Source: Elusimicrobiota bacterium
GTDB taxonomy: Bacteria; Elusimicrobiota; Elusimicrobia; UBA1565
Direction of reading: 5' to 3'
Length of the DNA stretch: 10,010 nt
Assembly: GCA_043819795.1 (NCBI GenBank)
Contig: JBDREN010000078.1
Location: forward strand, 1-10,010
Shown: positions 1 to 7,230 of the stretch, piece after piece
Numbering within the stretch: the stretch's first letter is position 1
How the letters are laid out: the number at the start of each line of letters is the position of its first letter
Notes under the pieces: model-generated
The model's database searches: none
Seen by the model: the letters and a program-made list of their open reading frames with translations, nothing else
What the model was told of the DNA's origin: nothing
Position numbers and translations under genes: made by a program

Positions 1-1
1 C

Positions 2-166
2 CGCCAGGACCCCAAGCTGCTGCGTCCCGCGGACGTGACCCTGCAGATCCCCTGCCTGGACAAGTTCACCGAGGCCACCGGCTGGAGGCCGAAGCACTCC
101 TTCGAGGAGAGCGTCGGGAACCTGCTCGAGTTCTGGCGCAAGAGGGTCCGGACAGAAAGCCGCTAG
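2..166 (+). CDS. 3' end (partial) of a GDP-sugar 4,6-dehydratase, closest to DmhA/WcbK/DdahA-type GDP-heptose 4,6-dehydratases (extended SDR)
   Basis: Not in the ORF track. Frame +2 reads RQDPKLLRPADVTLQIPCLDKFTEATGWRPKHSFEESVGNLLEFWRKRVRTESR* (TAG at 164-166). The pattern DP..LRP.D..LQIP...KF...TGW.P..SFE.....LL.FWR matches the DmhA/WcbK C-terminus as I recall it, whereas canonical Gmd has RPAEV..L.GD. Confidence 0.8.
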   Translation, partial: RQDPKLLRPADVTLQIPCLDKFTEATGWRPKHSFEESVGNLLEFWRKRVRTESR

Positions 167-173
167 GACGGCC

Positions 174-1952
174 CTACCTCGCGATCCGGACCTTGAAGTC
201 GAGCCCCTCCCGAGGCTCCGGCAAAGTCATGGCGGGAGGCCTCCCCCCGCGCTCGAACAAAGGCGCCCCCGGATGCCGCATGAGCACCAGATGCTCCCCC
301 TCCTTCACCTTCCTGTACCCGTCCTCCTTAAGCAGGGCCACCACGCCTCTCCGGAACGGGGGATAGCCGCCCAGGACCCAACGCTTCGAGAACAGGATAT
401 AGTCCGGCTTGAAGAGCCCGTCCGTGAAGTTCCTGTGCTCTTTGTAGGGCAGCACCTTGAGGAAGCTCCTGCAGCTCACCCGTGGGGCCAGGTACTCGCT
501 CGCCCATAAAGACGCTCCCGGCGGAATCAGCGCGGCGAAAGCGGGGCCCTCCGAGAAGAATCCCGGGGACCAATTGGCCATGAGCGTGCGGGGGGCCCTC
601 CGCAGATTGAGCCCCCCTATCAGAAGCGCCCACGCCAGAAGCCACGGCGCCAGGCCCCGCTTCGAGAGCCGTTGGTATGCCCACGCGAGGCCCGCGGCGC
701 CGGCCCACCACAACGGGCCGATGCTGAACGCGGAGTAGTGCAGGATGAGCGTGTGGTAGAAGTCGTTCGGAGCCGCCATGAAGTGCGGAAGGTAGGACAC
801 GGCCCAGACCAGGAGATGCGCCGGAGCCAGAAGGGGAAGCAAGCCCGTACTGAGGAGGAACTCCCCCGTCGGCGCCAGGTTCCCGAGGGGCAGCATCACG
901 CGCCCCATGAACCCGAAGGGATCGGTGACGGCGAGCATCAGGACGGCTCCCGGAGTATCCCCGAGGTGGCTGAACATGCTCCAGTCCCTGTAGTTCGCCG
1001 CCCCCGGGACGGAGAACCGCACCTTCATCTCCCAAACGAAGAGCAGCGCGGCGCCGAGGCTCACGGCCCCGCCCAGAAGCCAGGCGCGCCGGTCGCGCCA
1101 GCCCATCTTGACGACGAGGTACGCGCCGAGCCCGAAAAGGGTCAGCGGCGCCTGCTCGCTGGTGGAAAGCGTCAGCACGAGGAGTATCGCCGCCGCCGCC
1201 CACCTTCGAGCTTCGGCGAAGACGAGAGTCCATAGGAACAACGGCCCCAGGAAATTGATGGGCTGGACGCTGGCGCTGTTGTTCTCGAGCAGGAAGCGGC
1301 TCGTCAGCACCAGCCAAAAGCCGGCCGCGCCGGCAAGCGAGGACCTGGTGCCCCGGTAGGCCAGGATATAGACCGCCACGGGCATGGACGCGACCAGGGC
1401 CGTCTGCAGCAGCAGAAACGGCGTGAACGCGTCCCAAACGAGCAGCAGCGGGGCCAGGACCGCGAAGATCGGCGTAAAGTGGATCGCGAGATAGTTCTCC
1501 GCCCCCGAGACGGTGTTCTCGAGCGTCAGTCGATGGAGGAAGTTGTAGGCGACGTTGCAGGTGACCGACGAATCCAGCGGGAGCTGGAACCCGCGGTACT
1601 GGCAGTACTTGACGAAGCCGAATACGCCGAAGAGCCCGAGATAGGCCGCGGCCACCCAGCCCGCCTGCCGCCGCGCGCCCAAGGACCCGAGCCGCTCGAG
1701 GTACTCCGCCGTCTTCGCGCGGAGGCGGGGGTGGAGCATGAGCCCGCAGAGCGAGACGTTCAGCCAAAGGAACCCGGTCAGGAGATGGTCGTAGACGAAG
1801 AGGCAGCGGTTCGTGAACCACTCCGCGCGTAGGGAAGCGGCGATGAGGAAGACGGCGGCCCCGCAGAGCAACGCGGCGGGGGGCCAGACGTAGAACGTGC
1901 GGGGACGGCCGGGCAAAGAGGCAGGCTTCCCCGCCGTTTTTTCAGCCGTCAT
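174..1952 (-). CDS. DUF2079-like polytopic membrane protein, putative GT-C-fold glycosyltransferase (592 aa)
   Basis: Roughly a dozen hydrophobic segments. A loop Asp follows an early TM helix (LPLDSSV), then NYLAIHFTPIF (HFxP motif), LLLQT, SEQ, LHYSA, and a soluble C-terminal IPPGASLWASEYLAPRVSCR...PDYIL region. This layout is typical of DUF2079 proteins. Confidence 0.7.
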   Translation of the reverse strand: MTAEKTAGKPASLPGRPRTFYVWPPAALLCGAAVFLIAASLRAEWFTNRCLFVYDHLLTGFLWLNVSLCGLMLHPRLRAKTAEYLERLGSLGARRQAGWVAAAYLGLFGVFGFVKYCQYRGFQLPLDSSVTCNVAYNFLHRLTLENTVSGAENYLAIHFTPIFAVLAPLLLVWDAFTPFLLLQTALVASMPVAVYILAYRGTRSSLAGAAGFWLVLTSRFLLENNSASVQPINFLGPLFLWTLVFAEARRWAAAAILLVLTLSTSEQAPLTLFGLGAYLVVKMGWRDRRAWLLGGAVSLGAALLFVWEMKVRFSVPGAANYRDWSMFSHLGDTPGAVLMLAVTDPFGFMGRVMLPLGNLAPTGEFLLSTGLLPLLAPAHLLVWAVSYLPHFMAAPNDFYHTLILHYSAFSIGPLWWAGAAGLAWAYQRLSKRGLAPWLLAWALLIGGLNLRRAPRTLMANWSPGFFSEGPAFAALIPPGASLWASEYLAPRVSCRSFLKVLPYKEHRNFTDGLFKPDYILFSKRWVLGGYPPFRRGVVALLKEDGYRKVKEGEHLVLMRHPGAPLFERGGRPPAMTLPEPREGLDFKVRIAR

Positions 1953-2016
1953 GGACGAACGGCGCTAAGAGCGAACGGCACCAATAATAACGACCTCTAA
2001 GGAAGGCTCCTGCGAG

Positions 2017-2949
2017 TCACACATTCGAATATCCGTTCTTGCGGATGACCGTGTAGCACTTGATCAGCTCCCGGACGCCCATCTCCAGCGTCCAGTCCGG
2101 CTCGTAGCCCGTGGCCAGGATGCGGGCGTTGGAGACGATGTAGTCCCGCTTGTCCGGGTCCTCCCCGATAGGCGCTTCCATATAGACGAGCTTCGGAACC
2201 TGCTTTTGTATGACCTGGCAAAGCTCCGCCTTCGAAAGGTTGGCGTCCTCCAGGCCGACGTTGTACGGCCGGTCTTTCATCTTCTCGAAGTTCTCGATCC
2301 CGTGGACGAAGACCTTGGCCACGTCCCGGATGTGGATGTAGTTCCGCTTGAAATGCGCCTCGAAGAGGACGATGGCTCTGTCGTTGAGGGCGCGGTATAC
2401 GAAATCGTTGACGAGCAGGTCGATGCGCATCTTCGGCGAGACGCCGAAGACGGTGGCCAGCCGGAAGGTGATCGCGTTGCCGCGCTCCAGAACGGCCCGT
2501 TCGGCCTTGACCTTGGTGTCCCCGTAGAACGAGAGGGGGCGAAGCGGCGACTCCTCGGTGCAGAACTTATCTTTCTCGCCGATGCCGTAGCCGCTGTTGG
2601 TGACCGGGAACAGGATCCTCTGCGAGCGCGAGGCCAGGCGGCAGATCATGCGGACCGCTCCGAGGTTCAGCGAGGTCGCGCCGACCCGGTCCTGGTCGCA
2701 GAGCGGGGCTCCGACCAGGGCCGCCAAGGGGATCACCACGTCCTGGTCCTTCAGGACCCGGCGCATGAGCCCTTCGTCGCGGGCGTCGCCCCGGACCACC
2801 GAGAACCCGTCGTAGCGGCAGCAGTCCAGGAGGCCGCTCTGCCTGTAGTAAAAGTTGTCGAGGGCGGTGACCCGATAGCCCTTGTCCAGCATGACCTTGC
2901 AGAGGACCGACCCGATATAACCGGCTCCGCCCGTCACTAGAACGCGCAT
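2017..2949 (-). CDS. NAD-dependent SDR, Cj1427/WcaG-like GDP-D-glycero-D-manno-heptose C4 dehydrogenase/reductase (310 aa)
   Basis: The true start is the ATG at 2949 (MRVLVTGGAGYIGS), overlapping the upstream TAA as TAATG; the track's extension to 3360 is spurious. It has GGAGYIG and YGDTK (YxxxK). The blocks IPLAALVGAPLC, TNSGYGIGEKD..CTEESPLRP.S.YG, FRLATVFG.SP.MR.DLLVNDF and IGEDPDKRDY.VSN match C. jejuni Cj1427 as I recall it. Confidence 0.85.
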   Translation of the reverse strand: MRVLVTGGAGYIGSVLCKVMLDKGYRVTALDNFYYRQSGLLDCCRYDGFSVVRGDARDEGLMRRVLKDQDVVIPLAALVGAPLCDQDRVGATSLNLGAVRMICRLASRSQRILFPVTNSGYGIGEKDKFCTEESPLRPLSFYGDTKVKAERAVLERGNAITFRLATVFGVSPKMRIDLLVNDFVYRALNDRAIVLFEAHFKRNYIHIRDVAKVFVHGIENFEKMKDRPYNVGLEDANLSKAELCQVIQKQVPKLVYMEAPIGEDPDKRDYIVSNARILATGYEPDWTLEMGVRELIKCYTVIRKNGYSNV

Positions 2950-3989
2950 TAGAATGGCCCCTTGAACTTGTTTTCCCAGCTGTAGAAGGACTCGGCGCTC
3001 AGGTCCGCGGGCTCGAGGCCCAGCAGCGTCTCGCTGGTCCGGATGATCTCCACGGCCGAAGGATAGAAGCGGTTCTCCAACGGCCGCGTCGTGGGACAGG
3101 GGACGTGCGCGAAACCCAGCCGCTCCACGGGAGCGTCGAGCGAGCCGAAGCACTCGTGGTGGATGCGAGCCGCCAGCTCCGCCGAAAAACCGCAGAAGAC
3201 CCAATCGTAGTCGGCGACGATGCAGTGCCGCGTCTTGCGGACCGAGGAGAGGATCGGGTCCGAGTCGAGCGGCATGAGGCTGCGCACGTCGATGACCTCC
3301 AGCTCCACCCCGCGCTTGGCCATCACCTCCGCGGCCTTCATGGCCTCGACGGTCATCCATGAGGTGGAGACCACCGTCAAGGCGTCACCCTCCCTGCGCC
3401 TCGACGCGCGCCCCAGCGGCGCCGAGAGCGTCTCGTCGACCTCCCCCTCGATGTCGTAGAGCCAGCGATGCTCGAGGAAGACCACCGGGTTGTCGTCCCG
3501 GACCGCGGAGCGGAGCAGGCTGTAGCCGTCCTGCGGGGTGCTGGGCATGACGACCTTGAGGCCCGGGACATGGGCGAAGAAGCTCTGCAGGGACTTGCTG
3601 TGCTGCGCGGACTGCCCCCAGCCGCGGCCGATCACCGCGCGGATGACGAGCGGGATCTTGAGCTTCCCCCCGCTCATGTAGCGCAGGTTCGAGACCATGT
3701 TCACGATCTGATTCATCGCCAGCATCATGAAGTCCACCCGGATGTGCACGTGGACGGGCCTCAACCCCGCGGCCGCGGCCCCGAGGGCCACTCCGGTCAT
3801 GGCGTCCTCGGAGAGCGGCGTGCCGAAGACGCGGTCCTTGCCGAACCGATCGAGGAGCCCTTTGACGCTGCCGAAGATGGCCTTATGGTCCGGCACGTCG
3901 AGCCCGAAGACGAAGACGGCCGGGTCGGCCTCCATCTCCCTGCGCAGAGCCAAACTCAACGCGTCCCGGAACTGCATCACGGCGCTCAT
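2949..3989 (-). CDS. ThDP-dependent pyruvate-dehydrogenase-E1-like beta subunit (346 aa)
   Basis: RVFGTPLSEDAMTGVALGAA..GLRPV (catalytic Glu), QSAQHSKS, VPGLKVVMPSTPQD, DDNPVVFLEHRWLY, LEVIDVRSLMPLD. The start overlaps the alpha-subunit stop as ATGA (3986-3989). Confidence 0.92.
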   Translation of the reverse strand: MSAVMQFRDALSLALRREMEADPAVFVFGLDVPDHKAIFGSVKGLLDRFGKDRVFGTPLSEDAMTGVALGAAAAGLRPVHVHIRVDFMMLAMNQIVNMVSNLRYMSGGKLKIPLVIRAVIGRGWGQSAQHSKSLQSFFAHVPGLKVVMPSTPQDGYSLLRSAVRDDNPVVFLEHRWLYDIEGEVDETLSAPLGRASRRREGDALTVVSTSWMTVEAMKAAEVMAKRGVELEVIDVRSLMPLDSDPILSSVRKTRHCIVADYDWVFCGFSAELAARIHHECFGSLDAPVERLGFAHVPCPTTRPLENRFYPSAVEIIRTSETLLGLEPADLSAESFYSWENKFKGPF

Positions 3990-4966
3990 GCGTGCACGTC
4001 CGTGAAGAGCTCCTCGGGGCCGGGGAAGCGGGACTTCCGCGCGGACTCGACGCTCCGGTCGATCTCATTCTGCACCGCGTGGCGGACCTCGTCGAGCTCG
4101 GCCCGCTTGCGCCCCCGCTTGAGAAGATACGCCTCGAAGCGCTGCACGGGGTCGAGCGCCTTGAGCTCCCGCGAAGGCGGCTTGCTCCGGTATCCCGCGT
4201 CGAAATCCTCCCGGACGCCCACATGCTCCAAGGACCGGAGGTACGTGAGGCGCAGGAAGCCGGGCTTGGGGTCCTCGTCCATCCGGCCGACGATCCCCCG
4301 CGTCTTGGCGAAGACCTCCGCCAGGTCGCAGCCGTCTCCCTCGTCGGCATGGCAGCGGAAGGCGCGGACCGCCCGCAGCATGGAATCGTAACCCTGGCGG
4401 TCCTTGGCGTGCGCGTGGATGGCCAGGCCGTTGTCCTCACACACGAACAGGACGCGCAGCTTCCTCAAGGCGGCGAAATTGAGGCTCTCCCAGAACGCCC
4501 CCTCGTCCACAGCCCCCTCGCCGAAGAACACGGCGACCACGGAGTCCGACTTCCGGTAGGATTCGGCCAGGGCCGCGCCCACCGCGACCGGGATGGTCGT
4601 GCCCACGATGGCCGAGGAGGCGATAAAGCCCTTGTCCGGCGCCGCCAGGTGCATGGACCCGGCTTTGCCCTTGCCCGGCCCGCCCATCCTCCCGTAGATC
4701 TCCTCGAAGAAGCCGACCGTATCGTCGGTAACGGCCAGATAGAGGGCATGGTTCCTGTAGGTCCCAAAAGTCTTGAAGCCGGGCGGCAGGGCGGCGCAAA
4801 CGCCGACGGGGATGGCCTCCTGACCCACCGAGAGGTGGACCGGGGTCTTCATCTCGTCGTTGAAGTACTCCTCGCGGATCTTCTCCTCCGCGAGCCGCGC
4901 CAGGATCAGCTTGCGGTACGCGGTCGCGGCCTGCGTCTTGGTCAGGGCGCCGTCGCCGGTCCTCAT
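3986..4966 (-). CDS. ThDP-dependent pyruvate-dehydrogenase-E1-like alpha subunit (about 326 aa)
   Basis: TPVHLSVGQEAIPVG, TYRNH, GKAGSMHL, and the ThDP/Mg motif FFGEGAVDEG...VCEDN. Start placed at ATG 4966 (MRTGDG), downstream of the previous gene's stop at 4989-4991; the track's start at 5143 overlaps that gene. Confidence 0.9.
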   Translation of the reverse strand: MRTGDGALTKTQAATAYRKLILARLAEEKIREEYFNDEMKTPVHLSVGQEAIPVGVCAALPPGFKTFGTYRNHALYLAVTDDTVGFFEEIYGRMGGPGKGKAGSMHLAAPDKGFIASSAIVGTTIPVAVGAALAESYRKSDSVVAVFFGEGAVDEGAFWESLNFAALRKLRVLFVCEDNGLAIHAHAKDRQGYDSMLRAVRAFRCHADEGDGCDLAEVFAKTRGIVGRMDEDPKPGFLRLTYLRSLEHVGVREDFDAGYRSKPPSRELKALDPVQRFEAYLLKRGRKRAELDEVRHAVQNEIDRSVESARKSRFPGPEELFTDVHA

Positions 4967-4988
4967 GAAAGCCGCCGAGGCCGATCCC

Positions 4989-6158
4989 TCACAGAGCGCC
5001 CAACACGACTTCGGAGATCCGGTCCACGTCCTCCAGAGACAAGGACGGGTTGTTCGGCAGGAAGAATCCGCAGTGATGGATCCGGTCGGCCATGGGGAAG
5101 CTCGCCTTCCCGTAACGGTCGTACCAGAAGGGATGCAGCCCAAGGTTGCCGGCGGAGAAGATGCGCGTCTCGATGCCGTTGTCCACCAGGGCCCGGACGA
5201 TGGAGCGGCGCTGCGCCGCGTCCTTAGCCAAGGCCCCGAACGATATGCTGCAGACGACGGCCTCCGGATGCGCGCGCTGGACCTGCAGTTCGCCGTCGAG
5301 ACGCTCCGCGTAGCGGGCGTGGTTCTCTTGGCGCCGCCGGATGATCCAGTCCAGCTTGTCGACCTGCCCGAGCCCGATGTAGGCGTTGAGGTCCGTGGAG
5401 CGCAGGTTGAACCCCGGCTCGTAGAACACGAAGGGGGAGTGAAAATCGTCTATCCCGTGCTCCCTCACGTAGGCGGCGTGAGCCTCCCGGTCGAGGTCCT
5501 TGCTCCAGCCGTGGCTGCGGAGCATGCGCAGCAGGTCGATGAAGCCCTTGTCCTCCGTGGAGACGAGCCCGCCCTCGATGGTCGAGAACTGGTGCCCGAA
5601 ATAGGCCGAGAAGCTGGCCATGTCCCCGAAGGTGCCGACCTTGCGCCCCTTGTAGGAGGCGCCGATGGCCGCGCAGGCGTCCTCCAGGAGGAAGAACCCG
5701 TACTTCTCCTTGAGGGCCATCAGCTCGTCCATCTTGTGCGGCACGCCCAGGACCTGCACCATCAGGACCGTGGCCGGCGCGTGCTCTTTGATGATGGCCT
5801 CCAGATGCCCGAGGTCCAGGCCGAAGGTCTCCTCGTCCGCCTCGCACATGACGGGCTCGAACCCGAACTGCATCGCGGGCGCGATGGAGGTGACCCACCC
5901 GACCGAGGGGACGACGACCTTCTTGTTCATCAGCCTGCCGGAACGCAGCAGCGCGTAGTACATCAGCAGGTTCGCCGAGGAGCCCGAGTTGCAGAACAGG
6001 GAATAGCGGCTGCCCAGCCAGCGGCTCCATTTCTCCTCGAACTCGACGGTGACCTTGCCCTTGGTCAGGCGCGGATGGGTCTTGAGCCACGCGATGAGCC
6101 GGTCGACGTCCTTGGCGTCGATCGTATCCTCGGCCAGGTGATGGCGTATCGGCTTCAT
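4989..6158 (-). CDS. ColD-like PLP/PMP-dependent NDP-4-keto-sugar 3-dehydratase (DegT/DnrJ/EryC1/StrS fold, 389 aa)
   Basis: NSGSSANLL, LLEDACAAIGA, SFSAYFGHQFSTIEGG with His189 (codon 5592-5594) at the usual PLP-lysine position, LRSHGW, PGFNLR. It lacks the Cys-rich [2Fe-2S] insert of E1/DdhC. Confidence 0.85.
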   Translation of the reverse strand: MKPIRHHLAEDTIDAKDVDRLIAWLKTHPRLTKGKVTVEFEEKWSRWLGSRYSLFCNSGSSANLLMYYALLRSGRLMNKKVVVPSVGWVTSIAPAMQFGFEPVMCEADEETFGLDLGHLEAIIKEHAPATVLMVQVLGVPHKMDELMALKEKYGFFLLEDACAAIGASYKGRKVGTFGDMASFSAYFGHQFSTIEGGLVSTEDKGFIDLLRMLRSHGWSKDLDREAHAAYVREHGIDDFHSPFVFYEPGFNLRSTDLNAYIGLGQVDKLDWIIRRRQENHARYAERLDGELQVQRAHPEAVVCSISFGALAKDAAQRRSIVRALVDNGIETRIFSAGNLGLHPFWYDRYGKASFPMADRIHHCGFFLPNNPSLSLEDVDRISEVVLGAL

Positions 6159-6220
6159 GGTCGTCTGCCGGCCGACGTTCCCGCGGACCCTTGCCCGCGG
6201 GGGTTACTGACGGCCGCGCT

Positions 6221-6249
6221 ATGTTACAAAAGTCCGCCTATACCGACAA
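6221..6249 (-). promoter_or_regulatory. Candidate internal sigma70-type promoter upstream of the ColD-like gene
   Basis: Minus strand TTGTCG (6249-6244), 17 nt spacer, TAACAT (6226-6221). The patch is locally AT-rich, and the -10 lies in the 79-bp intergenic gap. Confidence 0.4.
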
Positions 6250-7197
6250 TATATTGGCTTGGTACCACTCCAGAGTATTCCGGATGCCCTCGTCCAACGA
6301 GACCTTCGGGGCCCAACCCAGGGCGGCCTTCGCCTTGCTCGTGTCCACGCAGAGGCTCGTCTTGATAGTCGGCTTGCTCAGATCGTGGTCGACCTCGATC
6401 CGCTTGCCCGAGACGGCGATGATCTTCGCCACCAGCTCCCGGATCGAGACGGCCTCGCCGCGGCCCACGTTGAAGAGCTCGAACGCGGATTCCTGCTTTT
6501 CCATGGCCAGCTGAACGAAATCCGCGAGATCCGACACGTAGAGCAGGTCCCGCCCCTCCTCGCCCGTCCCCCACACCGTGATCCTGCCGCCCGCGGCCGT
6601 CATGACCTTGGCCGTCGTGGCGCCGAACACATGGGAGCGCTCGAGATCGAACTTGTCGTAGGGCCCGTAGATGTTGGAGTGCCGGATGACCGTGTACCGG
6701 ACGTCCCCGATCCGGGAGTAGAACTCGCACATCTTCTCGATGTAGACCTTGGTCCAGCCCACCCCGAAGTAGTTCCGGTGCAGCTCCCGGTTAGCGTCGA
6801 AATCCGTCTCCTTGAGGGGCGTGTCGCTGGAATGGTACATCACCGTGCAGCTGAAGAAGATCACCCGCTTGATCTTGCGGTCGTGCGCCGCACGGAAAAT
6901 GAGGGAATTCATGACCGCGTTGTCCGTCACGTGGATGTAGGGCCGGTTGACGATGTCCTTGGACCCGGAGGTGGTCGCTGCCGCCTGGATGACCACGTCC
7001 ATCCCCCGCAGGGCCTCTTCCACGTGGTCGGGACGCGTGAGGTCCGCCTTCCTCATGCGGATCCGCGGATGCTCCAGCGGAGGGGACTTCCAGCACGTTC
7101 CGAATACCTCGAGGTCGTCGCGCAGGGCCAGCGCCTCCGCGATGTTGCGGCCGATGAAACCCGTCGCCCCGCAGACAAGAACCTTTTGCCTAGTCAT
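6238..7197 (-). CDS. GDP-L-fucose-synthase (Fcl/ColC)-like extended SDR with atypical active site (319 aa)
   Basis: GATGFIG, ADLT, VIQAAA, RHSNIYGPYDKFDLERSHVF (compare Fcl PTNLYGPHDNF....SHVI), VWGTG...RDLLYVSD, LGWAPKVSLDEGI..T.EWY. Start at ATG 7197 is chosen because AGGAGG lies 7 nt upstream. Confidence 0.85.
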   Translation of the reverse strand: MTRQKVLVCGATGFIGRNIAEALALRDDLEVFGTCWKSPPLEHPRIRMRKADLTRPDHVEEALRGMDVVIQAAATTSGSKDIVNRPYIHVTDNAVMNSLIFRAAHDRKIKRVIFFSCTVMYHSSDTPLKETDFDANRELHRNYFGVGWTKVYIEKMCEFYSRIGDVRYTVIRHSNIYGPYDKFDLERSHVFGATTAKVMTAAGGRITVWGTGEEGRDLLYVSDLADFVQLAMEKQESAFELFNVGRGEAVSIRELVAKIIAVSGKRIEVDHDLSKPTIKTSLCVDTSKAKAALGWAPKVSLDEGIRNTLEWYQANILSV

Positions 7198-7203
7198 CCG
7201 AGA

Positions 7204-7210
7204 ACCTCCT
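7204..7210 (-). promoter_or_regulatory. Shine-Dalgarno sequence for the Fcl-like gene
   Basis: Minus strand reads AGGAGGT-TCTCGG-ATG(7197). Confidence 0.75.
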
Positions 7211-7230
7211 TCCGATATAGCCATACCTCA

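Noticed and set aside
328..1821. 497-aa alternative-frame ORF and several + strand ORFs over the DUF2079-like gene
   Set aside because: The 497-aa ORF is Arg/Pro/Gly/Ala-rich, and none of these ORFs has recognisable motifs. They are typical high-GC shadow ORFs.
2950..3360. N-terminal extension of the 447-aa SDR ORF suggesting a fusion or frameshift
   Set aside because: It overlaps the E1 beta gene in another frame. The Rossmann motif starts right after ATG 2949, with TAATG coupling.
4430..4530. GEG and EDN instead of GDG and ENN in the ThDP motif as a sign of inactivation
   Set aside because: GEG occurs in active branched-chain 2-oxoacid dehydrogenase E1 alpha subunits, and the terminal Mg-binding Asn is retained.
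4967..5143. N-terminal extension of the E1 alpha ORF
   Set aside because: It overlaps the 3' end of the ColD-like gene and shows no E1 homology.
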